This document shows positions 15,886 through 24,734 of a DNA stretch of 32,000 nt, one piece after another. The position numbers and the translations under genes were made by a program. The DNA lies in assembly GCF_000382205.1 (NCBI RefSeq), contig NZ_KB907791.1, forward strand, positions 441,007 through 473,006. The letters are read 5' to 3'. This DNA comes from Dyadobacter beijingensis DSM 21582. GTDB lineage: Bacteria > Bacteroidota > Bacteroidia > Cytophagales > Spirosomataceae. The notes below the pieces were generated by a model. It searched no databases, had not been told where the DNA came from, and saw only the letters and a list, made by a program, of their open reading frames with translations. The first letter of the stretch is position 1. Each line of letters opens with the position of its first letter.

Positions 15886-16974
15886 ATGCGCATTCGATTT
15901 TATCAGGTTGACTGTGGTGACGCGGCTAGTATTTTGTATGAAGGCAGTGATGGGAAGGACAACTATGTTTTCGTAGACGCTGGCTACGAGAGGACTTATC
16001 GAGAAATTCTCGCTGACGAAATCAAGATTATCGATGCGACAGGTGCTACGATTGATCTGTGGTTGATTTCTCACATCCATGATGATCATATTGGCGGAGC
16101 TGTCTCATATGCAAAAGCGATAGAAAGGTGCGATGCCAGGGACATCGTTTCAAATTGGTGGTACAATCATCCCTATAAAGCAATAGGAGATACGAAAGCT
16201 CCCAAGTCAACTTTTAATATAAGTGAAGCCAAAAGTTTCGCGCAGAGTGAAAAACTAACCTCCTACCTCCGATCGGCTGGTCGTCTGCCGAAGTTTGATA
16301 TTGTTCAAGCAATCGATCCCAAATACCATAACGATCTGAAAATCAATATACTGTCACCAACGAAGGATGCTGTAAACAAATTGAGAGAAAAATATGAGAA
16401 TTCCAGCTTTCTCGACAGGGACTATCATGAGATGACCGCGATTAGTGAGCCGAAAGCAGCGAAAATGAATGACTACTGCCAAACGATAGAGAGCTTTGAT
16501 TTAGAGGCTTTTGCAGAGGATGTGTCAATCGAAAATGAAAGTAGTATAGCGATTTTGATAGAGCACAGTGGCATACGAATACTCTGGTTGGCCGACTCCC
16601 TTCCTAGCATAATTACAACCGCTCTTAGAAATCTTGGATACTCCGAAGGGAACCCATTGCAGGTTGACCTAGTGAAAGTCTCCCATCATGGAAGCCGTGG
16701 AAACAATAGCAGCGAACTGTATGATATGGTTCGCTGTGACAAATATATTTTCTGTGGAAGTGGAATCAATAAGCACCAATTGCCTACGAAAGAATGCATG
16801 GTGAGAATTCTTAAAAATAAATATAGGGACGTTAGAGACCGATACGAGTTTATATTTACTCACGACAATCCCAGCCTCCGCGGAATTTTTGATGTTGATG
16901 AAATTGACATTGTTAAAAACTTAAACTTTACGATGACTTTTTCTGCCTCTAAATATGTCGATTTGCATTTTTAA
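15886..16974 (+). CDS. Metallo-beta-lactamase-fold hydrolase, ComEC/Rec2-type (probable nuclease)
   Basis: HxHxDH motif SHIHDDHIGG (16072-16089). A later VKVSHHGSRGNNS is typical of ComEC-type MBL domains. I prefer the ATG at 15886 (MRIRFYQVDCGDA), 4 nt after the upstream stop, over the track start at 15850. Confidence 0.75.
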   Translation: MRIRFYQVDCGDAASILYEGSDGKDNYVFVDAGYERTYREILADEIKIIDATGATIDLWLISHIHDDHIGGAVSYAKAIERCDARDIVSNWWYNHPYKAIGDTKAPKSTFNISEAKSFAQSEKLTSYLRSAGRLPKFDIVQAIDPKYHNDLKINILSPTKDAVNKLREKYENSSFLDRDYHEMTAISEPKAAKMNDYCQTIESFDLEAFAEDVSIENESSIAILIEHSGIRILWLADSLPSIITTALRNLGYSEGNPLQVDLVKVSHHGSRGNNSSELYDMVRCDKYIFCGSGINKHQLPTKECMVRILKNKYRDVRDRYEFIFTHDNPSLRGIFDVDEIDIVKNLNFTMTFSASKYVDLHF

Positions 16975-17084
16975 TGTAAGAAGCTACTTATTTGAACCAT
17001 TATGAATATTGAATACCCGATTAAGTTCAACCAAACTTAAATGACCTTTCGATGATAACTATTTAGTAGTATCGGCAATATAAA

Positions 17085-18554
17085 ATGAAAGATGCGTTAT
17101 TATTTATGCAAAATTTAGAAATGAAGACATATAAAGCTGTTGAACAATCGAACGTCGTTCGCGACCTAGATGAAGAAATCTCAATTGGTAACTATGTGCT
17201 TGATTTAATTCATCCAGACAGAGCAGCTTCGATTAACGTTAAATTGGAATTTCGTACGTCGCCAATTAATCATGTATTCTTATGTGGTACGGTGGTCCCT
17301 GGCAAGGAGCCGTTTAGTTTGATGGTTTTGCACGGTAATAAGTATCAGGCATTTGTAGAAGGAGTAAAGGTTGGAAATATAGTGTTGCGTAAGTACGACG
17401 AGAAAACAGGTGCGGTTCAGGGAGTATTCCTCGGCGAGACCGTCTTCGGAGACCGGTCGGTCTATGCTGATCGGGCCAGATTTCTTATTCAAAATCTCCG
17501 CGAGATTGGAGGGCGTCAAATGGTTTATGAAGATGGCTCCTTTAATGTCGGACACTATACATTTGATGATGGCAAATTCGAAATTCAAATTAGTAGAAAT
17601 CGAGAATTCAATTTAAAAATGCAAGCTTGGCAGGATTTCGGAGGTGCGTTCTGGGGTTATTCGGGAGAAGTAAAAAAGAAAGGGAGTTCCATTTCATTTG
17701 AAGAAGTAAACAAGGTTCTTAAGTCATTTGGGTCATTTCTAACGATGATTAATGGTGCCACTATTTCTCCATTAGTTGTCGAAGGGATTGCGCGAGATGG
17801 ATCACAGCTCTTGTGGCGAGATTTTTCGGCCTATGCTAATAGTAACGCTATTTTTTCTAACACACACGGTCTCTTGCAATCAAAAACCTATTTGAATCTA
17901 AACACTACGTGGCAAAATTTCAGGAAATTGGAGACGTTTCCAAAGGACAAGAGCTTTCTTAACTCTGCTTTGAAATGGTATATCGAGGCAAATTCGAGTA
18001 CTAGTCTGGAAGCATCTATAGTTATTTCACAAACCTGCTTGGAACTAATTTACAACTGGCTTGTGGTTGAGAAAAGGCAAATGCTTGCAGGCAAAGATGC
18101 TAGTAATATTCTTGCCGCAAATAAGCTACGCCTGCTAAACAGCATCATAGATTTCAAAATTGACCTTCGAATGCTTCCCGCGCTTGCAGATGGAGGCTTC
18201 CAGAAGAGTCGGGATAAGGACATTTTCAACATCATTGTCGGTATACGCAACGCGCTAGTGCACGGTGAAGAAACGAAACGGGAAAGTATTGAGAGCCTGC
18301 TGCCACACGCGCTGCACCAAGCGCGAGAATTACTTCTGTATATGATTGAGATGGCACTTTTGTTTATATTAGGATACGAAGGACGCTATTGTAGCCGGTT
18401 CCTGGTCCCAGAGGTAAGAGCTATTGCCAAGTATCCTGTACCGTGGCATCGATTATACGATAAGATCATGTGGAATATTGAGACAGGGAAGTATGACCCG
18501 GATCTGGCCAAGGCCGAGACGGATTTGCTTTATGGAGAAGGGAGTCATCTTTAA
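17085..18554 (+). CDS. HEPN-domain protein with a large uncharacterised N-terminal domain (ApeA-like architecture)
   Basis: The C-terminal helical domain carries an Rx4H motif, GIRNALVHGEE (R388-H393, 18246-18263). It is preceded by a helix, SLEASIVISQTCLELIYNWLV. The N-terminal ~300 aa is beta-rich with no recognised motif. Confidence 0.55.
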   Translation: MKDALLFMQNLEMKTYKAVEQSNVVRDLDEEISIGNYVLDLIHPDRAASINVKLEFRTSPINHVFLCGTVVPGKEPFSLMVLHGNKYQAFVEGVKVGNIVLRKYDEKTGAVQGVFLGETVFGDRSVYADRARFLIQNLREIGGRQMVYEDGSFNVGHYTFDDGKFEIQISRNREFNLKMQAWQDFGGAFWGYSGEVKKKGSSISFEEVNKVLKSFGSFLTMINGATISPLVVEGIARDGSQLLWRDFSAYANSNAIFSNTHGLLQSKTYLNLNTTWQNFRKLETFPKDKSFLNSALKWYIEANSSTSLEASIVISQTCLELIYNWLVVEKRQMLAGKDASNILAANKLRLLNSIIDFKIDLRMLPALADGGFQKSRDKDIFNIIVGIRNALVHGEETKRESIESLLPHALHQARELLLYMIEMALLFILGYEGRYCSRFLVPEVRAIAKYPVPWHRLYDKIMWNIETGKYDPDLAKAETDLLYGEGSHL

Positions 18555-18764
18555 ATGTGAAGTGAATCACCGTTTGCTCAGCTCAAAAGCAGGTTACGGC
18601 ACATCGCTCTGTGTTTTAGTATATTGAAGAACTTTGATGACAAATCAGTAAGTGTTGGTAGTGCTACTATCTTTCTACCTAAGGAGTTAATGAGCAGGGC
18701 TCATTGAAGCGTAGGCTTAGCCAAAATGTAAGCTTTTCGGAATCATGATACCAAGATTTACAAA

Positions 18765-19712
18765 ATGAGTCATAATAAAATTACTACCGTTACCAGAACA
18801 AGTATCGCTGATGCCTTGACCGTCGGAAAATTGTGGTACAGCGGAAGATTGAAGGAAGCAGATTTTTTAAACCGGATCTACGATTTGTCGGCGATGCCTT
18901 CAACAGATTATAGACCGGAATATAATAATGCTTATAAAGACGTTTATCAACATGCCGATATGAACTTCGGAGACTGGGAACCGGATTGGGTGTTTACCGA
19001 TGTCCGTTTTAATCTGATGCATTGCGACGATGAGACATATTTAAAGTTTTTAACTGAAACTTTAAATCCGAACGTAAGGCCTGACATTAACGATACCAAC
19101 AAAGTCGTTGGGATTTATAATAAGTATTTGCAACCAGATGGGTTTCAATTTTATCAGACTGGTGAATTATCTGGAAGACCTGTTTTTTCATGGACGAGAG
19201 ATGGGATCAGCCAGACCCGGCTGGTCGCTAAGGCCGTTGAGATCAGAAAGTATATTGATACTGACTATGTGAACAAGAAGATCGAGCAGATGAATAAGGC
19301 TATCCCCAACGACACAGATGTCGCCATCGGTACCGGTAAAGAATTGTTGGAGATCATTTGTAAATCTATATTGAAGCAAAAGAATGTTGATATTGATAAA
19401 GGTTGGACACTCCAACAACTCATAAAGCACACAACAAATATCCTGGATTTCAAGCCAAAAGAAGCTGATCAGCCGGATGCTGCCGAACGATCCATAAAAC
19501 AAGTCTTAGGCGGTATAGCAACAATTGTCCAGGGGGTAACGGAGCTAAGAAACGCTTATGGTTCCGGGCATGGTAAGGATGCCGAATTTAAAGGATTAGA
19601 GAGTAAATATGCTAAATTATATGTTGGTGTTGTTGCTGAAATCGCTATTATCTATCTTGCCACAAACGGCGAGACTGTGATGGTCGAACCTATCAACCCG
19701 TCTATTTTGTAG
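18765..19712 (+). CDS. AbiJ-like abortive-infection protein (AbiJ N-terminal domain plus Abi_C/HEPN C-terminus)
   Basis: The C-terminal VQGVTELRNAYGSGHGK (R at 19548, H at 19569) matches the Abi_C 'RN..G.GHG' HEPN motif. The N-terminal ITTVTRTSIADALTV...WYSGRLKEADFLNRIYDL resembles AbiJ-NTD-type domains. Confidence 0.7.
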   Translation: MSHNKITTVTRTSIADALTVGKLWYSGRLKEADFLNRIYDLSAMPSTDYRPEYNNAYKDVYQHADMNFGDWEPDWVFTDVRFNLMHCDDETYLKFLTETLNPNVRPDINDTNKVVGIYNKYLQPDGFQFYQTGELSGRPVFSWTRDGISQTRLVAKAVEIRKYIDTDYVNKKIEQMNKAIPNDTDVAIGTGKELLEIICKSILKQKNVDIDKGWTLQQLIKHTTNILDFKPKEADQPDAAERSIKQVLGGIATIVQGVTELRNAYGSGHGKDAEFKGLESKYAKLYVGVVAEIAIIYLATNGETVMVEPINPSIL

Positions 19713-19876
19713 CCTGGCGGCCTTTGAAAAACCATAAGGTATTTATCATTATGGTGGGACATGAACAGTGCCATTAAACATAACGTCAAGGCGGGCAGTC
19801 ACTTACGCGAAAATGATTCAAATTAGCTGATGCATAGGCGCGTTTTATTGTAAGTATATCAAATACCAACAGAATT

Positions 19877-20533
19877 ATGATCGATGAACTAATTGATTTT
19901 CATAAAAAAGAACTGAACTTCTACTACCTAGTCACCAGGAAAAATAAAACCTGGCAGACCGCTCTAATAAATGCATCCTTTGCATTGGCTTTTATTTTTT
20001 ATTCTCTTATGTTATTCATGGGCGAAATCTGGTATGGTGTGTGGGCAGGCGTTTGTCTCGTAGTTGCGGCGTGCCTGGCCAAAGTGTTTAACACTATGAC
20101 CATTAAGAGGCTTTATCCGGAAGTTTATACACCTTGGTATCAACCCTTCCCACGCTCGGCATTTAATGACATGATACTAATGAAATTCAGAAAGCATGTG
20201 GAGGACAAAAAATGGGATGATAAAAAATGGGACATGATACAAGCTGCTGTCGCCAGTGTGGCGGAAAGGCAAAGGATGTCGCTTATTATTTATATATCTG
20301 CGGTAGCCGCGCTCATTTTGCCTGTCTGGGGCATCTATGCTGTTAAAATGATAAGCAAATTCGACAACCCTCCCTATGACCTGACAAAGGGATTTGTGAC
20401 TATGATCATGCTGATTATTGTTATGGCCATCATACCCATGCAGGTTGCCTGGATGAGGGATCACATTTTCAGTAACTATGGAAGATTGACTAGGTTCAAC
20501 AAACTTATAACGGATTTCAGGCTGCTTGTTTAG
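19877..20533 (+). CDS. Polytopic membrane protein, unknown function
   Basis: It has at least four hydrophobic segments (ALINASFALAFIFYSLMLF, IWYGVWAGVCLVVAACLA, LIIYISAVAALILPVWGIYAV, FVTMIMLIIVMAIIPMQVAW). It lies 165 nt downstream of the AbiJ-like gene on the same strand. Confidence 0.5.
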   Translation: MIDELIDFHKKELNFYYLVTRKNKTWQTALINASFALAFIFYSLMLFMGEIWYGVWAGVCLVVAACLAKVFNTMTIKRLYPEVYTPWYQPFPRSAFNDMILMKFRKHVEDKKWDDKKWDMIQAAVASVAERQRMSLIIYISAVAALILPVWGIYAVKMISKFDNPPYDLTKGFVTMIMLIIVMAIIPMQVAWMRDHIFSNYGRLTRFNKLITDFRLLV

Positions 20534-21136
20534 CTTTCGGAAAAATCAGGCGGTGGCTGGTAGATTAAAGTAGTTTTTTGTCGATTGTCAGCATTTCGGA
20601 ATTTCTATCAGAGGGAACCCGTTCCGGATGGGCTTGATAATTTGTTCAGCTCGAACAGTTTCATTGAACTCAGTGCTCTGAGCTAGGGGAAGTATGATAA
20701 GAGCTTTAATGATGTGCCCGTTCTCCCACGCTTCCAATTTAACCGAGCAGGAAGCTGATTCAAAGCGGCGCACTCTTGAATGATAGCCGATAAACGCATG
20801 AGATTGGTAAAACCAACTTCAAACCGTCTCATAATCTGGGGGGCTTAAAACTACTGATTTCCAGCTATCAAAATTGGGTGTATTTTGGGTACAGCTAAAA
20901 GTTGTACTTGAAGAGCGGTGATTTCGGATGTTGTTTTGTCAGGTTTTCGGATGATGAGAAATTGCAAATATACCCGCGTTGGTCACCCGACAAGGCTGCT
21001 TAACGCATTATCAGACCGTTAGTCAAGTTTTTTGGCTTGTTAGTACGAAGTATTTTTGGCGAAAATCGATACATGTGTATTTTTGAAACGGCGCCTGGAA
21101 GTGCCCGGTGTTCATCTAGTATGACTTTAAAGATAT

Positions 21137-22042
21137 GTGGGAATGGTACTTCATGCTAATGAGCGATATCCGCTCGTAAAATTTCTTTTTGACGAGCTAT
21201 CCGGTAGCTTTTTCGAAAATGAGCTAACATGGTTAAACAGGCTAGTGATTCTTTATCACAACAGAAAAACATTGTCGATTCGTGATGACCACGACAGCTT
21301 CCTTCAAGATTTTATCTCAAAAAACAAGAACTCCTCTTTTTTTGACATTCTTAGGTCGCAGGCAGCTCGCCAATCTATGCGGACCACTCGGGCAAGATTA
21401 AGCTATTTGCTGACGAACAACGCGAGGCTGGTAGAGGATCTTCTCCATCGAGATGATTATGGTTTGCCGAAAGCCAGGTTTGAGACAATTGTCCAAATAT
21501 ATGATTGGCTGAAAGGTGTACCTTATGACGTCGACCTGAAAACAGGCTTAGACCTGGAGGCCTGGAAACAAGAGATACGTGATAGGTATCCTAACATATT
21601 AGAGAGAACTATTTTGCGGCCCCGCAAAAATGCACTCTTTCAGAATGAGGAAAGGACCAGAAATTTTTCGGACCTGTTTATGGGAATTGATCAGCAAGAG
21701 CGCGAAGCAAAATTTGAGAAGCTGCTCGGATGCCTGACGGAAGCCGATTGGATTGCGCCAGCGGATATGGCCGGAAAATTTCAGTTACGAAAATCGGCTC
21801 ACGGAGGTAGGCTTTGGATAGCGGCTCTTTACTATGCATTGTATCAAAAACAGCACATTAAAGAATCTCAGACGGCATCTACCATCGCAGGCCTCTTTAA
21901 CAACTGGCTCATTCATCCTTTTTCAAATGAATCGTTCGAGAAGGTATTCCAGCCTGAGGAGCAAGCAAAATTCGCAGGGAAGGGCAACCATCAACGCGGA
22001 AGGTATGCGCAGGAATGCTTCCTGCTGATCCAAAATCTGTAA
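21137..22042 (+). CDS. Hypothetical protein (first gene of the higher-GC backbone)
   Basis: A 301-aa ORF followed by a terminator-like structure. No motif was recognised. The start is uncertain (GTG 21137 or ATG 21143). Confidence 0.45.
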   Translation: MGMVLHANERYPLVKFLFDELSGSFFENELTWLNRLVILYHNRKTLSIRDDHDSFLQDFISKNKNSSFFDILRSQAARQSMRTTRARLSYLLTNNARLVEDLLHRDDYGLPKARFETIVQIYDWLKGVPYDVDLKTGLDLEAWKQEIRDRYPNILERTILRPRKNALFQNEERTRNFSDLFMGIDQQEREAKFEKLLGCLTEADWIAPADMAGKFQLRKSAHGGRLWIAALYYALYQKQHIKESQTASTIAGLFNNWLIHPFSNESFEKVFQPEEQAKFAGKGNHQRGRYAQECFLLIQNL

Positions 22043-22052
22043 TAATAGGAAC

Positions 22053-22106
22053 TCCTGATCATTTTTGTTCTTTTCATTCCGGCCGGAACATCAGGATCGT
22101 TTTTGC
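22053..22106 (+). terminator. Compound hairpin plus T-run after 21137-22042
   Basis: TCCTGAT (22053-22059) pairs with ATCAGGA (22090-22096). They enclose the perfect 12-bp palindrome TTCCGGCCGGAA (22077-22088), and TCGTTTTT follows. Confidence 0.4.
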
Positions 22107-22239
22107 AGACCCCAGTAGCTCATTTTTGTGGCATGTTCAACTAAACAGCTACGAAAATGAGCTACTGTAATTCAAGACCTCCCGGAAAGCGATATACTGC
22201 TACTCCGGCTGTACATTTCTTCTTCTATTTTCAAAAGCT

Positions 22240-22560
22240 ATGGCGGCCATGGAAGAGGATATAAAACATTTGAGATATCTCTTTCAGAAAGCAGATGTTA
22301 AAAGACGTCGAAAGCTCTACGAATGTTTCTCCGATATCTTCGACTCACAGAACTCGTATGTAATCACCGTTGAAATACTCAACGACAAGCTGGGTGCTTC
22401 GGTTGTCTCTCGAGCTGATGTGAAGTACATCAGGGCGCACTGCAGCAAGTGGCAGAAGCCGTCAACGCCAGAGCAACCCACAATTGCTCCCGCGCAAAAA
22501 AGGACCGTGCCGAAAATCAAGTGGACTGATCCAGACCAGGCACCAGACCCAGCATCTTAG
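22240..22560 (+). CDS. Hypothetical small protein upstream of the ParA-like gene
   Basis: A 106-aa ORF ending 21 nt before the ParA-like start. The C-terminus is Pro/Ala-rich and looks disordered. I recognised no family. Confidence 0.4.
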   Translation: MAAMEEDIKHLRYLFQKADVKRRRKLYECFSDIFDSQNSYVITVEILNDKLGASVVSRADVKYIRAHCSKWQKPSTPEQPTIAPAQKRTVPKIKWTDPDQAPDPAS

Positions 22561-22581
22561 AACCAATAAACCAACTGACCA

Positions 22582-23277
22582 ATGAAAAGACTACATTTCA
22601 TTACCCAAGCCAAAGGCGGCGTGGGCAAATCGCTACTAATGTATTTGCTCGCATTAAAGCATTACCAAAATCCCAATTATCTGTTCATCGATCTGGACGC
22701 GTCTTCATTTACAAGCCAGCGCCAGTTGCAGTTCGTAAGTCCGAAACAGTTTCGTAGCGTGAGCCTACTCGATGAAAGAGCGGTACTCGTCCGCGATAAT
22801 CTGGTCGAGTATCTGGAATTGATCTCAACCTCACCATTTAGCGAGATATATGTCGACATGGGAGCCCCGGAGAGTGAGCAGCTTCCGGCACTCATTGAAT
22901 TCGATCTGCCGCTTCGCGAATTCGCAGAGGAATTGGGTTTAGAAATCCAGTTTCATATCGTTGTGGCGGGCGCCGGTGCTTACAGTCCTTCGGTAGAATT
23001 TCTGAAAAAAATGATGGCCGTCGCGGGCGAGTTCAAGATCATAGTATGGCAAAACCTGTCGAGCTTTCGAAAGTTTGCAGAGCTATCGAAAGAGCTCAAA
23101 GAGAATTGCCAGTTGATGCAATTACCGTTCAGGCAATTTGGCGACTTCGAAGTGGGTTCCTATCTAGGGGCCAAGATTCTGTCAGGAACGCGAAGAGGCC
23201 TATCACTTGAAGAGTTTGAAACAGGCCCTAGGCTCAGACTGAAACGCGAACTTCATTTCAATATTAGCCATGACTGA
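22582..23277 (+). CDS. ParA/MinD-like ATPase (TraA-like protein of Bacteroidota mobile elements)
   Basis: It has the deviant Walker A FITQAKGGVGKSLL near the N-terminus. Its size of 231 aa and its position upstream of mob genes resemble TraA/ParA of CTn-type elements. Confidence 0.75.
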   Translation: MKRLHFITQAKGGVGKSLLMYLLALKHYQNPNYLFIDLDASSFTSQRQLQFVSPKQFRSVSLLDERAVLVRDNLVEYLELISTSPFSEIYVDMGAPESEQLPALIEFDLPLREFAEELGLEIQFHIVVAGAGAYSPSVEFLKKMMAVAGEFKIIVWQNLSSFRKFAELSKELKENCQLMQLPFRQFGDFEVGSYLGAKILSGTRRGLSLEEFETGPRLRLKRELHFNISHD

Positions 23278-23803
23278 ACAGGAATCAAATCTTTCGGAAA
23301 CACTTAGCCGTATCAAGGCAGAGTACCAGTCGCGATACGGGATGGATATGGACGAATGGTCTGCGGTGATGATGGCAGATAACCAAAAAGCTTTCGATGA
23401 AATCCGACACTGGCTAGCTAGACATTTTGAAGAGGCCAGAAAGCTTCGGGCTACTTTCAAAGGGTCAATCAAGCAAGTAACGTTTGCCTCGGACAAACAG
23501 GCTTTTCTATATAGCTTGGGCCGTCTTATTCCGCCATCGGTTTGTGCGTTAGTTCTTGGGATTTGTTGTTACGTATACATGAGTACGTACAAGGATTATC
23601 AGGAGCTGGAAAGGTTAGTGGATGCTTATGCTAACATGCCACTTTACGAACAGATCGTCGTCGATGGTCAACTAACCAAAGAAAAAGGCGTGACATATCT
23701 GGTGTTAAGCCCAGCAAAAGCGGGCAAACATCGGATTGGCAAGACCTATGAATATGATTCACGAAACAAAGTCGTCAAAGTACCCTTAAAACGGCAGCAA
23801 TGA
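23270..23803 (+). CDS. Hypothetical protein with one TM segment, coupled to the ParA-like gene
   Basis: It overlaps the upstream gene by 8 nt (ATGACTGA). It has one hydrophobic segment, LIPPSVCALVLGICCYVYM. I recognised no family. Confidence 0.45.
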   Translation: MTEQESNLSETLSRIKAEYQSRYGMDMDEWSAVMMADNQKAFDEIRHWLARHFEEARKLRATFKGSIKQVTFASDKQAFLYSLGRLIPPSVCALVLGICCYVYMSTYKDYQELERLVDAYANMPLYEQIVVDGQLTKEKGVTYLVLSPAKAGKHRIGKTYEYDSRNKVVKVPLKRQQ

Positions 23804-23961
23804 TCAACAGTAGGCCATTTTGATCCTTAATTTGATCTCTAATAGGAAATAGTGAGAAATTTTGGATCAGAATGGGCCATCCTGCTCCACTTTAAGCTAA
23901 GTCAAAAGCCATTTTAAGAACTTTTGAGCTGGAATCAGCATGCGCGGTGGTTTCCTCCACA

Positions 23962-24012
23962 GCCAGCTATCGCCGGTACGTCGCGAAATGCGACTCCCCG
24001 GCGGGAGCTGGC
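23962..24012. promoter_or_regulatory. GC-rich nested hairpin, candidate oriT recognition structure
   Basis: Three nested stems are separated by small symmetric bulges. GCCAGCT (23962-68) pairs with AGCTGGC (24006-12). CGCCGG (23971-76) pairs with CCGGCG (23998-24003). GTCGC (23980-84) pairs with GCGAC (23990-94) around the loop GAAAT. The structure lies 63 nt upstream of the MobC-like start. Confidence 0.45.
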
Positions 24013-24074
24013 CATGGGAAAACCCCTGGACCCCTGCTATTCGCCTCCGGCTCATAGCTAATCAAAAAAGACAC

Positions 24075-24734
24075 ATGGAAAATCAGAAACAAAAAGGCAG
24101 ACCGCCGAAGGAAAAAGGCACTGCCAAAAGGGAACACTTTTCAGTATGGGCGAGTGCTGATCAGAAAAGACAAATTAATGAGCTCATTGAAAAAAGCGGG
24201 CTTTCCGCCAGTCAATATTTCTTGACCTTGGCGCTTGATGTGCCTTTTAAAAGGCCACAAAAAAGGGCGCTACCCAAGGCAACTGCCGAGATGGTCAGGG
24301 TGCTCCAACAGCTTTCGGGCGTTTTGTCGCTGGCAGCCCTGAAAACCAAGGGACACCAGATTCTTACAGACCAGTGGCAGCAGAGTAGCCAACGGGTCAG
24401 GCTTCTTGCGGATCTGATCACCCTTTGGGTGTTTGAAAGCTTTGAGATCCGTAGCATACAAAAAGCTTTCGACGAGCTGCTTAATTGCTCAAATGAGCTC
24501 AGCTTTTATCTTTCTCAAATGCTGCCTGAAACCGAAGGCAAGCATCAGCTGCTTCTTAGATGCAGTGCGACCAGCCGTATGACCAGTGATTTGAAGCAAA
24601 AATATGAGGACTACTATTCGCAGCCACTTGAAGAGCTAGGACCGCTTTGGAAATCAGGCGAAACCGACGCCCTTTCCGTTCACGCTGAGATTGAAAAAGC
24701 TGTAATTGCAACCCTGAAAAAGATGAGGTTATGA
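24075..24734 (+). CDS. MobC/MobA-like relaxosome accessory protein (ribbon-helix-helix type)
   Basis: From the internal ATG at 24075 the protein reads MENQKQKGRPPKEKGTAKREHFSVWASADQKRQINELIEKSGLSASQYFLTLAL. This is the typical N-terminus of Bacteroidota MobA/MobC-family proteins. The stop overlaps the relaxase start (ATGA). Confidence 0.7.
   Translation: MENQKQKGRPPKEKGTAKREHFSVWASADQKRQINELIEKSGLSASQYFLTLALDVPFKRPQKRALPKATAEMVRVLQQLSGVLSLAALKTKGHQILTDQWQQSSQRVRLLADLITLWVFESFEIRSIQKAFDELLNCSNELSFYLSQMLPETEGKHQLLLRCSATSRMTSDLKQKYEDYYSQPLEELGPLWKSGETDALSVHAEIEKAVIATLKKMRL

Noticed and set aside
20923-20954. Two copies of TTTCGGATG, 23 nt apart, in the 600-nt gap between the defence cargo and the backbone. 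ORF 20588-20773 (-) lies in the same gap.
   Set aside because: Two short repeats are weak evidence for iterons, and the ORF has no motif and an alternative start. The gap may hold a junction or promoter, but I cannot support a specific call.
23940-24074. N-terminal extension of the MobC-like ORF from the track start at 23940 (MRGGFLHSQLSPVRREMRLPGGSWPWENPW..).
   Set aside because: The extension is a GC-rich hairpin region with an implausible peptide. The conserved MobA/MobC-type N-terminus begins at the ATG at 24075.
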